Virus record (IMG/VR): IMGVR_UViG_3300010163_000018
Coordinates: 9,668 to 73,667 of that record
Direction: 5' to 3' (one strand)
DNA: 64,000 bases
Origin: a virus
Taxonomy: Duplodnaviria > Caudoviricetes
Positions within the stretch are counted from its first letter, which is position 1. Every line of letters begins with the position of its first letter. A model generated the notes under the pieces. The model was not told where the DNA came from and searched no databases. It was given only the letters and a program-made list of their open reading frames with translations. The translations under genes and the position numbers were made by a program. Shown in pieces: positions 11,557-22,400 of the stretch.

Positions 11557-12094
11557 TATATTCAGATCAAAAGAAATATATAAGAAAACCGTTAATCAAG
11601 ATAACGAAAACAAAATATACGAAATACGTGGTTTATATGTCGTGGGGGATTATTCTCCTGCGACGTATAAGAATCCATTAACATGTATCGTTGATATCCT
11701 TTCAAACAAAGCAAATGTTGTTGATTTTACTATCAAGAACGAGGAATTACAATCTGATCATGTTTTGAATATTGTAAACTTTGACATGGATCCTGATGAT
11801 AGTCCAGCAATAGTTCGGTATTCAGTAAAACAAGAACAAGTAGAAGATCATGTCCTCAATATCGTAGACTTCGATATGGATCCTGATACAACACCAGAGA
11901 TTCTGAAATATACAAAATCATCAAGTGATATTGGTGATGATCATGTTTTGAATATTGTAAACTTTGACATGGATCCACCGGATATTCCTACATTCGTGAA
12001 GTATTTTACGAAGATATATCCACATACACATCAACCATGTATTCGTATAACATCAATAAAAACAACACGTGCTTCATGTGTTGATAGAACATAA
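11549..12094 (+). CDS. 181-aa tail-associated protein with three 30-31-aa repeats, partner 2
   Basis: Start reassigned to ATG 11549 (GGTGAT upstream; MANIFRSKEIYKK identical to 7945); three DHVLNIV(N/D)FDMDP repeats. Confidence 0.75.
   Translation: MANIFRSKEIYKKTVNQDNENKIYEIRGLYVVGDYSPATYKNPLTCIVDILSNKANVVDFTIKNEELQSDHVLNIVNFDMDPDDSPAIVRYSVKQEQVEDHVLNIVDFDMDPDTTPEILKYTKSSSDIGDDHVLNIVNFDMDPPDIPTFVKYFTKIYPHTHQPCIRITSIKTTRASCVDRT
11755..11976 (+). repeat. Intragenic repeat: two identical 39-nt copies (11755-11793, 11938-11976) with a diverged middle copy at 11845
   Basis: TGATCATGTTTTGAATATTGTAAACTTTGACATGGATCC occurs twice; the middle copy differs mostly at synonymous positions. Confidence 0.9.
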
Positions 12095-12117
12095 CAAAGG
12101 AAGGAGTTGGTATTATC

Positions 12118-15100
12118 ATGACAAATGATATGACTTTATCCACAACGGATGAAAAGTTTCCAGACTCTGTAACCGACTTCATTAAGGAATATGACAAAAG
12201 ACATCTCGGGAATGTGACAGTTGGAACCCATAACATATACCATGTCCAAAGTATTGACATGGATGGAAACGTGACCCAAGAAGCATTTGCATTGAATGTG
12301 TTTACCGACTATGGTATGCGATCAATTTACTGGTTCTCTGGTATGCAAGGTTCTCACGACAATTCCGCATACCCACAGTATATGTATATTGGCAATGGTT
12401 CTGAGATAGACAAGGGCTCACAAACATTAACATCACCACTCCCAACATCTCAATCAAATCAGGCAACACTCCATGATGAGGAATATGGTCTTATATATGA
12501 CAAAGAAACGAGATTATTGATATCCAGAAAGAAAGGTGTTTCAGCAACTTACAACTATAACTATGGTAATATGACCCAAGATTATGATATAACCGAAATA
12601 GGTCTCGGGAAGGCATCAAACCAGATATTATTCCATTCGTTGATATATGATGTGGATGGTAATGTGTCTAAAATTCAAAAGCGAATGAATGAACAGCTCA
12701 CGATTACAACATATCATACATGTTGTATGAGGACAGACATATTCGATCGTTTGTGGGATAAAGGAATATATGCAATTTTTGATCCGGTCAAATATTTCAA
12801 TTTACAGTATATCTATAATAATGGTAGAGGAATTGGTGGTTGGCTACTTGCATCAGGTATTCCATTTAACGGTGGAAATAGTTACTCGGACTATTGGAAC
12901 ACCAGTAGTCCGAATTTTCAGATCCCATTGTATGGACGCACAGCAGGTAATGTAGGTCAGACGAATCAAGATGGTACATTTAAATTATTAATCCCAGAAT
13001 TTAAGGGAACACGATTAATCACAGATAAGCGATCGTATATTGCACAGATATTATTAAGTGACATCAACATGTATTCTTCATCAAGTAATCGTGGATTTAG
13101 TCAAGAACCGTGGTTATTAGTCAGATCATACATATATCTATCCGAACCCGAAGAGATATCGTATAATTTGTTAAGAACGAATTCTTGGACTGATCCCAAT
13201 TTATGGACACAATTTGGATTTTTTACTAATCTCTATGGAAATAATTCATACGGCGGGATACCTGTTTTGGATTTCGATATGAAGAAACTAACGATGTATA
13301 ATTATCAAACGAAAAAATGGGATATTGAGGAATCGTTTCAAAATAATCCAGAGAAGCTTCTTTATGAACAGAAAAAATGGTTGGGTCCCGCATGTCGTAT
13401 GTATATATACATAAAGGAATTAGATAAAACTCAAACTGTTTTTATATTCATGAACAGCTTTACAGATCGACCTATCACATCCTTTGGTGGTTCAGGTATT
13501 GTACTATACATGACAGATCAATGGTGGGATACATCTACATGGGTTCAAATAACAAATCTATCACAGGTCCCGGTAGAATTACAGTGTAAAAGGTATATAA
13601 TAACGACTACAAATCTGGATTCCGGGAGTTTTAATAATAACACTACTTTGGAACAATTTCATTATTGTTCAAACCATATGTACGGTAAAGAAAAATATCC
13701 AACAATCAATAGGAAAGATGAATATCATAAGATCTTGTACACCGATGACAGATCCCCTAAATCGTATGCATACCCGACAAAAAGTAATATCAACATACCA
13801 GGGTATAATGATTTTAAATGTGTGGCAAGTGATTCTGTTGGTTATGTAGTAATAGGTGAAATGCTGATATACCCCGACTCAATAGATGAATCGACAAATC
13901 GACCGAAGATATACGAGATCAAAAGCTATAAGGGATATCGGCTTCATAATAGCATTGGTGTATATAATCCAGGTCGGAAAAATATTCTAATAACATTTCC
14001 ATATACGGATTATAGATATGGATTCCGAATCATTACAGTATCGGAAGATCCCGAAGTCGCACCGATATCTCTCGATATCGCTTATGGTACAACATTGCAT
14101 GATTCAAATCTTCATATATCGGAATCGGATAATGGTTATTTGTGTATTTCTGATATGACGAATAAGAAGCTTGTAATAATCGATATTACAGGTATGCTTA
14201 ATGGTGGAACAGAACCAACAGTCACAATTATTGAAAACATACTGGTTGCACATGCAATTGGTTGTACGAATTATTGTTGTTGTCGTGTTCCTGCCGATGA
14301 AGATGGTTTGGTAAAATTCCAAATAATCGATATGAGAAATCCGAATGGCATTATAACCGATTTAACAGAACCGGATCCGAATATTGGGATATTTAAACTA
14401 CCTGAAGGACATACATATCAGGGTATTTGCGGCTGGAGCAATTTCATCTATATTTCAACGAATAACGCGGGTGTTAATTGGACAATCCTATACTATATGC
14501 AGGAGAAGAAAATATCACAATTATCATGGACTTATGCTGCATTGATGGAACATAGATCCATTGACAGCTATGGACAATATATTCATATTGAAAGATGTGT
14601 CGATGATTGTATGGTACTGTGCGGGAATGGTGGTGGCTATTATAGTAATGAGAAAGAGAACTACAGACACCTGTTGTTCAGAGCATCCGATCCCGAAAAT
14701 CCATATCGTGTAATGGTTGATGCAGTGGCACAGAATGAATGTGCTGGAAATGTCTATTGCAATTCTGCCCAATTAACATATCTCGATGAATCGAAACAAC
14801 AATTGATGCTCATTGTGAATGCCAACAGATGTTGTGTATATGATATCGGTAGAATAATTGATGAGGGAGTTCCGCAAACGTATGTTTTCAATCGCCTATA
14901 TCCGTATAGAAACGGTTGTCATGCCGGTGTAATATTCAGAAAGAATGTTGTGTATCGTGACTTTGTAGATAATTCCAAGGACGTTTTATACATTGAACCA
15001 ATCGAACAGTTCATAGACCATCATGTTGAAGGAACAACATGGACGATCAATTCATTCAATAATCCCGTACAAGTGACGTCGGGCGTTAAAAATTTCCAAT

Positions 15101-15162
15101 TGGAAATTTCAAATGTGTTATCAAACTACGGGGAAGAATACAATCCAACACCAAGCACGTAA
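12118..15162 (+). CDS. Tail fibre/receptor-binding protein, paralog 3 (1014 aa)
   Basis: Shares N-terminal domain, DQWWDTSTW motif and C-terminal VEGTTWTINSFNNP motif. Confidence 0.75.
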   Translation: MTNDMTLSTTDEKFPDSVTDFIKEYDKRHLGNVTVGTHNIYHVQSIDMDGNVTQEAFALNVFTDYGMRSIYWFSGMQGSHDNSAYPQYMYIGNGSEIDKGSQTLTSPLPTSQSNQATLHDEEYGLIYDKETRLLISRKKGVSATYNYNYGNMTQDYDITEIGLGKASNQILFHSLIYDVDGNVSKIQKRMNEQLTITTYHTCCMRTDIFDRLWDKGIYAIFDPVKYFNLQYIYNNGRGIGGWLLASGIPFNGGNSYSDYWNTSSPNFQIPLYGRTAGNVGQTNQDGTFKLLIPEFKGTRLITDKRSYIAQILLSDINMYSSSSNRGFSQEPWLLVRSYIYLSEPEEISYNLLRTNSWTDPNLWTQFGFFTNLYGNNSYGGIPVLDFDMKKLTMYNYQTKKWDIEESFQNNPEKLLYEQKKWLGPACRMYIYIKELDKTQTVFIFMNSFTDRPITSFGGSGIVLYMTDQWWDTSTWVQITNLSQVPVELQCKRYIITTTNLDSGSFNNNTTLEQFHYCSNHMYGKEKYPTINRKDEYHKILYTDDRSPKSYAYPTKSNINIPGYNDFKCVASDSVGYVVIGEMLIYPDSIDESTNRPKIYEIKSYKGYRLHNSIGVYNPGRKNILITFPYTDYRYGFRIITVSEDPEVAPISLDIAYGTTLHDSNLHISESDNGYLCISDMTNKKLVIIDITGMLNGGTEPTVTIIENILVAHAIGCTNYCCCRVPADEDGLVKFQIIDMRNPNGIITDLTEPDPNIGIFKLPEGHTYQGICGWSNFIYISTNNAGVNWTILYYMQEKKISQLSWTYAALMEHRSIDSYGQYIHIERCVDDCMVLCGNGGGYYSNEKENYRHLLFRASDPENPYRVMVDAVAQNECAGNVYCNSAQLTYLDESKQQLMLIVNANRCCVYDIGRIIDEGVPQTYVFNRLYPYRNGCHAGVIFRKNVVYRDFVDNSKDVLYIEPIEQFIDHHVEGTTWTINSFNNPVQVTSGVKNFQLEISNVLSNYGEEYNPTPST

Positions 15163-15169
15163 AATATTA

Positions 15170-15202
15170 TTAATAACGGGGGCATGATGCCCCCGTTATT
15201 AA
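15170..15202. terminator. Bidirectional terminator between convergent genes
   Basis: Perfect 16-bp inverted repeat TTAATAACGGGGGCAT-g-ATGCCCCCGTTATTAA. Confidence 0.85.
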
Positions 15203-15210
15203 ATATGATA

Positions 15211-18200
15211 TTATTTTATTACATTGATAACGATGTTGTCTTCTTCGACTACGAACATTTCTGGAGTATATCTTTCAAGTTCATTTTTGGGCATATCCTC
15301 AAGTTTCTTCCATTTCTGGACAATTGCTTGAGTATTGGCATCCATGTAGTTTCCATTGGGCCTGCCCTTCTCTGATGTATACCATCCTTTGAATCTCATC
15401 CATGCCACATTTTCATGTGTTTCCATCTGTTGGATTACATGAGAAATGTATATGTTGTTGTCCATGCTAATTGCATCTACCGGTGTATGTATACCGGTAA
15501 TACGATTGAAGTATGACTTAACCATAGATCTCAATTCATTGATAGTATTGGTTGCTAACGCTTGGTTATACAACTTAACATCAAACTCGAGTTGAATATT
15601 AAGATCCGGCCAGAATGCTCTTGGATCATCATCAGAAAGATCTGCATTCAAATCAGATACATAAGAGTGTGGCAACCCATATGTTGCAATCAATTTACAA
15701 TCGAGGTAGTTATTGCCTTCAAGTCGTTTGAATATGACAGGTTCAATTGCCTTATGAACTTGAGTAAACGATGTTACAAAGTTCTCAAAATCGTCTGACA
15801 ACATCAATGAATATTCAACAAACGGCATGAGTTGAATTTCAACTGCTCCTGTAACATTAACACCTTTATCGATAAATGATTCATTAACATTGTTCACATA
15901 AGATATGAGAACATTATATATTATATTCCAATCGATATTATCACCATTGATATCGGTGATATCGTGGGTGGCAATATCTTCCATAAGTTGAACCATTTCG
16001 GTATACCATTCCGGTGTATCTTCAGATATAATCCTATTATACTCTCTGAAATAGGATTGTATTCTACCCTTCATATCACTTGCGACGGTCTTAAAGAATG
16101 AGAATTCATTATCATGTGATCCAGTGACTAATACCACGGGAATATTATCATTCATCCTGGCGTATGCGAATTCCGTCATGTAAAATATGTTATACGGTTC
16201 AGAAGCATTGTAACGGCTTAAGCCGTATATCTTCTTATACAGATTTACCTGTTCTTCTGTTGGAATCGAAGAATCACCGAACTTAACAACGCTCCGCATC
16301 TCTTTCAATTCTTGAACGAGGTCCACATCATCAAGCATATATTCATCAACAACACGGAATCCAGTGAAGCTATCACCAGCCTCGATTTCAGAATCACGAG
16401 AAGGATCATCGGAACGGATAAGGATTGTTATTTTAATCTGGGGATCTGTTGCATCTATGCTAACAACCTCACCATTTACAGCCTTCCAACTTCCACCACC
16501 ATTTCCAACAGATGCCATGTTGATCCGGTTGTCAATATCAATCAATTCAGTCAACGGATACATTGTTGTCTCGAAACGATATGTTCCATCATCTTCAAGA
16601 CTAACAGGCTGCATTTCTACTCTACCTGTTTCAGAACCATTTACAATTGTATGCATCAAGACACGCATATTGTTCTTCTCTAATGGGAGCTGTTCTGAAT
16701 GAATATAGAACATCGCCTCACCAACAGGAAGTTGTGAGAATGGGATTCTGTAATAATCAACCGATCCTGACTCTGGAGACGGTTTCATATCAGCATAAAG
16801 AATGATACTGGATGCACCGATATTATCCATGTCGAACTGGTAAGAACCTGTGGTATCGAGTTCTTCATTCCACATATATGGCATGTATACATTTGCAGCA
16901 TTTGTGATTGTATATGTGACACGTTTCTCAATAGGTTCTCCATCTTCGTTCTCTTGTTTGTAATATACATTTATGAATACCGAAGGAGCATAACTCTTAC
17001 CGATCTTAACGAGTTTCGTTTCACCATACTTTGTAAGTTCAGTTTCAGATGCTTCACCAACAATGATCTTTGTAATAGATCCTTGAACGGCTTTCTCACT
17101 TAGTCTCATCTCGTAATAATTCTGGGTCTTGACACGAGTAAATGTAATCAAGTCATCCGAAGTAGGCTTTGGATATATATCGATTTCGGTTTCTCCCGAA
17201 ACATATACTTCATGTCCTTTGGATACTCCATCATCTCCCCATACTTCATTAGATCCATATAGATAGATATTTTCTGCCGTAATAGGAAGATTGATAACTT
17301 TCGTTTCAGCGGTGGTTTTGTCTTCAACCCAAATGTCAGTTAATTTCCATTCATTCTCCGATATTCTGTCTTTTGATTTTACACAGAAGAATGTTCTTTC
17401 GGGGTCAAATGGAACATATCCATTATCCAATGTCAAAGGAATCACAGGGATTACATTTGCATACAGATCAAGTGGTTGTTTGAAATAATTCCACATTACT
17501 TGATAGAACTGTGGAGCGATTGCATTCTTACGAAGGTACTCAACAAGAGGACGACCATCACTCATACCAGGTGTTGGTGAAAGAATATATGAAATAAACT
17601 TATAATGGTCATCTTTATATGTTCTCTTGATGTTTGTCCTAACAGGAGTTGCATGGTAGATATAAGACATATCTTCGTTGTTATTATCAACAGCCTGGGA
17701 CACGTGGGCTGTATTTATTTTTGTTGCAGTAACATATTGATTCACCCATGGATTGAAATATCCTATTGCAAATGGAACCTTCTGAATTCTGATACCAAAG
17801 GGATTTGCAAACACAAACTTATCTGAAATACTTGCTAATGTATTCACAGATTCAATTGTCTTTCCATCACCCTTTGTATATGGAACAACAGTCCATTTGT
17901 TTTCGGTACCATAAACCCATACCCAGCCAGGAGGAATTATGATCTCATTGTTTGATATCGAATTTCCTGCATTGTTATACAGCTCTTCGTATGTCAGCTT
18001 ACCATGTAACGTATTTGTTTTGAATACTTCTCCATGCTCATCATTCAGAGCAATATATCCGCTCCATACTCTGCCCCACGGATCATCTCTCCGTTTAAAG
18101 AAAAAGGGATACAATATGTTTTTGAAGTGGAATGTCTTGAACCATTCATCGATGTCATGGTCGGTGCTTAATACATTCGCTGTATTATATGCTTCGATTG

Positions 18201-19284
18201 TTTCTCTTCGTACTGTTTCCATTGTACCAATGTCTGAACCCCCTGCACATCCGCCGATTATAAATGCGGCCTTCATAACATTCGCATTATTGGAATATCT
18301 GTTAGATGCGGTAATGACCTTTGGTTGTTCTTCATTTTTGTAATTGGGTGCGTTTGCTGATTTACCATGACATGTGTAAATGGTTATTTCAAATGAAGAA
18401 TTCGTTTCCGGAACGAAATAACGATTACCATTTAATTGCCACATAAAACGAATTGTCTGTGGGTTGTCCATTATATAATGGACATATGGATTATTATCCG
18501 ATACTGTATCGTGGATTGAAAGAATGTGATCACGCGGTAGGAATTGCTCGTTTCCTTTACTGTCAATATACTTAACATCGAAACCGGCAATATGATTCTC
18601 ACACATAATAACCTTATCTTCATTAGGTACCCCGCCTGTCATGTTGTTTATAACAGTATGGGTTTCTCTCTCATATTCATTCACCTGTATGAGTAAACAT
18701 AACCATGTTTCAGTAACCCTGTAAGTGATGTAAATGTCTTTGTTAGTTGCACACATGTTTGTATCATCACGGTTAATGTACTGAACATTCCACGCCGGTA
18801 CAGGAGAATCAATACTTGAAGTTTTGATATCCTTGTACTGAATAAGAATATCATAATCGAGTGAATACACGAAACCCTCGGGGAGATTGAACTTCGTATT
18901 CTTATCAAGAATGAATTCATTCAAACCATTATCCGGATTGAACACGGAATTGTTTTGGATATCTTCGATCTTTAATTCCAATAATACATTGGTGGATGCA
19001 GGTGTAGCAAAGGAATATCCGATGTTGAATATTGCAGCTTCAGCATATATTGAATCCGGCAATACGGCTTTTGTTATAAATGATTCATTGAAATAGAATG
19101 ACGAAGTGTATCCGAGCTGTTCTGTAATTTGTGAGATATACTCACTGACAAGCGAGAAGAATCCCGTGTTAAGTACATTTAAGGGAACATTATGAAACAC
19201 ACGAGGAGCCAATTCTTCTACCATAAACTTCTTTATCTGACTATCATCAGAGTAGTTATTAAGAAGGACTTTTTCATCAGCCAT
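15211..19284 (-). CDS. Baseplate wedge protein, T4 gp6-like
   Basis: ESFITKAVLPDSIYAEA...GYSFATPA and GGSDIGTMETVRRETIEAYNTANVLSTDHD match the pattern of gp6/baseplate-J-type proteins; 1357 aa. Confidence 0.7.
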   Translation of the reverse strand: MADEKVLLNNYSDDSQIKKFMVEELAPRVFHNVPLNVLNTGFFSLVSEYISQITEQLGYTSSFYFNESFITKAVLPDSIYAEAAIFNIGYSFATPASTNVLLELKIEDIQNNSVFNPDNGLNEFILDKNTKFNLPEGFVYSLDYDILIQYKDIKTSSIDSPVPAWNVQYINRDDTNMCATNKDIYITYRVTETWLCLLIQVNEYERETHTVINNMTGGVPNEDKVIMCENHIAGFDVKYIDSKGNEQFLPRDHILSIHDTVSDNNPYVHYIMDNPQTIRFMWQLNGNRYFVPETNSSFEITIYTCHGKSANAPNYKNEEQPKVITASNRYSNNANVMKAAFIIGGCAGGSDIGTMETVRRETIEAYNTANVLSTDHDIDEWFKTFHFKNILYPFFFKRRDDPWGRVWSGYIALNDEHGEVFKTNTLHGKLTYEELYNNAGNSISNNEIIIPPGWVWVYGTENKWTVVPYTKGDGKTIESVNTLASISDKFVFANPFGIRIQKVPFAIGYFNPWVNQYVTATKINTAHVSQAVDNNNEDMSYIYHATPVRTNIKRTYKDDHYKFISYILSPTPGMSDGRPLVEYLRKNAIAPQFYQVMWNYFKQPLDLYANVIPVIPLTLDNGYVPFDPERTFFCVKSKDRISENEWKLTDIWVEDKTTAETKVINLPITAENIYLYGSNEVWGDDGVSKGHEVYVSGETEIDIYPKPTSDDLITFTRVKTQNYYEMRLSEKAVQGSITKIIVGEASETELTKYGETKLVKIGKSYAPSVFINVYYKQENEDGEPIEKRVTYTITNAANVYMPYMWNEELDTTGSYQFDMDNIGASSIILYADMKPSPESGSVDYYRIPFSQLPVGEAMFYIHSEQLPLEKNNMRVLMHTIVNGSETGRVEMQPVSLEDDGTYRFETTMYPLTELIDIDNRINMASVGNGGGSWKAVNGEVVSIDATDPQIKITILIRSDDPSRDSEIEAGDSFTGFRVVDEYMLDDVDLVQELKEMRSVVKFGDSSIPTEEQVNLYKKIYGLSRYNASEPYNIFYMTEFAYARMNDNIPVVLVTGSHDNEFSFFKTVASDMKGRIQSYFREYNRIISEDTPEWYTEMVQLMEDIATHDITDINGDNIDWNIIYNVLISYVNNVNESFIDKGVNVTGAVEIQLMPFVEYSLMLSDDFENFVTSFTQVHKAIEPVIFKRLEGNNYLDCKLIATYGLPHSYVSDLNADLSDDDPRAFWPDLNIQLEFDVKLYNQALATNTINELRSMVKSYFNRITGIHTPVDAISMDNNIYISHVIQQMETHENVAWMRFKGWYTSEKGRPNGNYMDANTQAIVQKWKKLEDMPKNELERYTPEMFVVEEDNIVINVIK

Positions 19285-19436
19285 GTTTAAAAACCTCCAA
19301 AATCAGTATTATATATGTTAGGGAAACCTCGAAATAATGTTAACCTTACTCCATAGGGTTTCAAACACACATTATGGTTTGGTCGGGAATCTTCTGACAT
19401 TCCATAATAAAATACTAAGAAAAGGAGATGACAATT
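19285..19436. promoter_or_regulatory. Divergent intergenic region between baseplate and tail operons
   Basis: Non-coding gap with SD sites for both directions; contains AAACACACATTAT (19363-19375), also seen near 63412-63424. Confidence 0.5.
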
Positions 19437-22400
19437 ATGGCTACAAATGACCGCATTCAACTGAAACGGGAAGAAATCGTTGGTAATGATGTTGTTTTAA
19501 CGGATATAAATCCTAAGTCAAATACCAAATCAATCGACGATACAAATTCTGGTGTTTCATTGGAAAAAACTATCGAACGTTTGTGGAATGCGATTAATAA
19601 CAAACTGTCCAGAATTGTCAATAGTGTCAATGGTAGGACCGGAGTTGTTGTTCTTAATGCGAATGATGTCGGTCTTGGTAATGTCGACAACGTTTCTCTT
19701 GCTGATATAAAGAACTGGGTTATCGAAAGAACGATACAGGAATTCAGAAACAAGAGAATCGAATTGTTCAATTCATTGAATGAGGTTGATAATTTAATCA
19801 CTCAATGGAATAACGATGAAGCATACGCCGATAAACCTTACTATTCTCACCATGGATATGATGATGATAAACGTGGCTACATAGGTTATATCTATATAGA
19901 CCCTGGTACAGGACGGCTTACCCATACCTTTGATATGGTAATTGATACTGTGGGATGGACAGATAATTCTCTTGTATATAATGAGAATATTAACGATAAA
20001 GAATTTGCCGAAACCGGTGGTCTTGGTGTCAATATATGGAAATACGAGGATGCACTTGAATTATATAACGATGCATCCGGAAACAAGGCTGCTTCTGGTT
20101 TACGTATCGACAAATCGAATATATCTCCCAAGGTTCATTATTTCGATGGAGTATATGGAAATGGTGATCCCAACGATTCAAACGCATTGTTGTTCTTCGA
20201 TCCCAATACGTTCCCTTCCACCAATATCAAAACGGTTGATATATATGTCGATGGTATCTTGAGGAAATGTGAAGGAAAGGAATTCCCCGAGGGAATAATT
20301 ACCAAATTCGCCGGGGAAAATATAATGCGTCAACGTCTTAAGTTGTATGATATCATTGTTTGTAATTTCAGTGATAAGGGTTATGTTGCGAAGACAGATG
20401 ACAGTAATATTGAAATGCTTAATCCATACATGAATCCTCTTCTCATATTGAGGAATCCGGCAATCGGACAAGTTACCACAGCACCAACACTTGAACATCC
20501 TGAAAACAACTACGTGATCGAATTCTATTCATTAAAACCCAACGTATATAAGGGTCTTCAAGAATATACTTCATCGAGCCGTATCAGTATAGATTCAAAG
20601 TACAAAGCGAATTCCATTGGATTATCATTGTTGGAAACGGATGAGATTCGTTCTTGGCAATTAGATCCAAACGTTGGTGGTGAAAGGGTACATTACTCTG
20701 GTTCTCCGGTAAACATATCTGGTGTTAATGCATTCTCACCGTATTCTATCAATTATCCAAGAATACTTGGGTCTACCAAAGATAGAAAACTATCAACGGT
20801 ATTACCAACAGGCGAAACATCAGACATCTTCAAAAATAATAATGACAGAAATAAATCTTCATCAACATATATATTACCAAACTTCTCATTGTGTGTAATT
20901 CCGTATAAGACATACAACTCTGACAATGAAAAGAACCTGATAAAGAACTGGCCGGTATCTGCCCCGACAATCACCGATGATCCTAACGAAACCACTGAAG
21001 AAAGATCCCTGTTGGGAATCAATCTTGACAAAATAATTACCAGTGATGGTAATGCGATAAATAATTCCGGTTTGAGAATAAATACTGATAAAGACTTGTT
21101 TACACATTCTTGGTATGGTATGTCAGATGAATTTCATAAGGATGAACCAGTCTCAAATCCTAATCGATCAGGTGGTCTTTCCGTTAATGTCGGTGAATTT
21201 CTTGAAATAGGAACATATAATGAATCAACCCCCGCAGAAAAGAAGAACTTCTATAATCAAGGTAAAGTCAACGTTCGTATTGACAGATCTAAGAGCTTGT
21301 ATAATACTGGCGATAACAAAATTGGTGTTCGCGTGTGGAGTACATTAGCGGGACTTCCAGATGGATTTAAAATGCCCGCTGGTGGAATTGTACATGCTAA
21401 AGGATCCGGTAATTCTTCAGCTTTATCGATAAACCCAGGAAAAGGTATATTTTTCTCGGGACAAGACAGTTTTGGTGTTCCCATGTCTTATACTTCAGAA
21501 AAGACATTGTCAATCAATATAATAGATACTCTCAATGAAGATGATTACGGCATTTCTGATGATACGCTTCCGGATAAGAGAAGTCATTATGGTGGACTTA
21601 GATTCATAATTGATGATGGTCACGGAGGATCAAGTATTGGAATAAGGGTAAATGAAGATGACACATATATCCATCAGAAAGTAGATTCGGATGGAAATCC
21701 TGTGTTTAATGATGATGGAATAACTCCTGTGTATGCTCTATATCATACGAACAGATCTAAGATACATGGTTACCATACTGGAACTGAAGGTCTGAGAATT
21801 ACGGATAAGAATGTTCTTGGTATCCAATTATACAACAATGATAGGGATATCGAAATATCAAGAAACCCGTTAAGAATTAAGTCTTTTGAAGAATGGCTTA
21901 TCGAAAATTTTGCCGAAACACCTGTGCGAATTCCTTCTGAAGATGGGACTGGTTTTAATGTCGAACGCCGTCTTCCTGAGAAGTGTGTTGTCTCAAAAAC
22001 AGCACCGGAAAATATAACATCTCCTAATGATAAATTGGTTTATTTGATTGACAATTCCCATGAACGGGAATACTATAGATTCATCGATTATGGTGAAGGA
22101 CTCGTTGCTACTAAGTTAATCCATTATTATGACCAAGAAAGTAATCTCCCTGATCCTAACGATGGCGAAACAATCCAACGAGAACACCTGGGATTCTGTC
22201 TGTTTGTTGTCAAAGGTAATCCACTTACTGCCAATGAATCCGGAAAGATCAAGGTATGCAAATTGACAGCTGCGGATACTGGTCCCGTTTATGCAACATT
22301 GGTTGATTGGATAACGCCACCAACTGGAGGATTGAACCTCGAATATTCCAAGGGCTTACGTACGGAACATTCTCAACTATTCGATGTCAACCGTCTTACG

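Noticed and set aside
11755-11976. CRISPR-like mini-array (39-nt repeats with ~50-nt spacers)
   Set aside because: The repeats are in-frame coding repeats, the middle copy differs mainly at synonymous sites, and no cas genes or leader are present.
5075-15162. Diversity-generating retroelement acting on the tail-fibre paralogs
   Set aside because: No reverse transcriptase in the window and no ~100-nt near-identical TR/VR pair with adenine-specific differences was seen. One could still lie outside the window.
15184-19096. Plus-strand ORFs antisense to the baseplate gene, and similar short antisense ORFs across the window
   Set aside because: They are shadow ORFs of long genes, without SD sites or protein-like composition.
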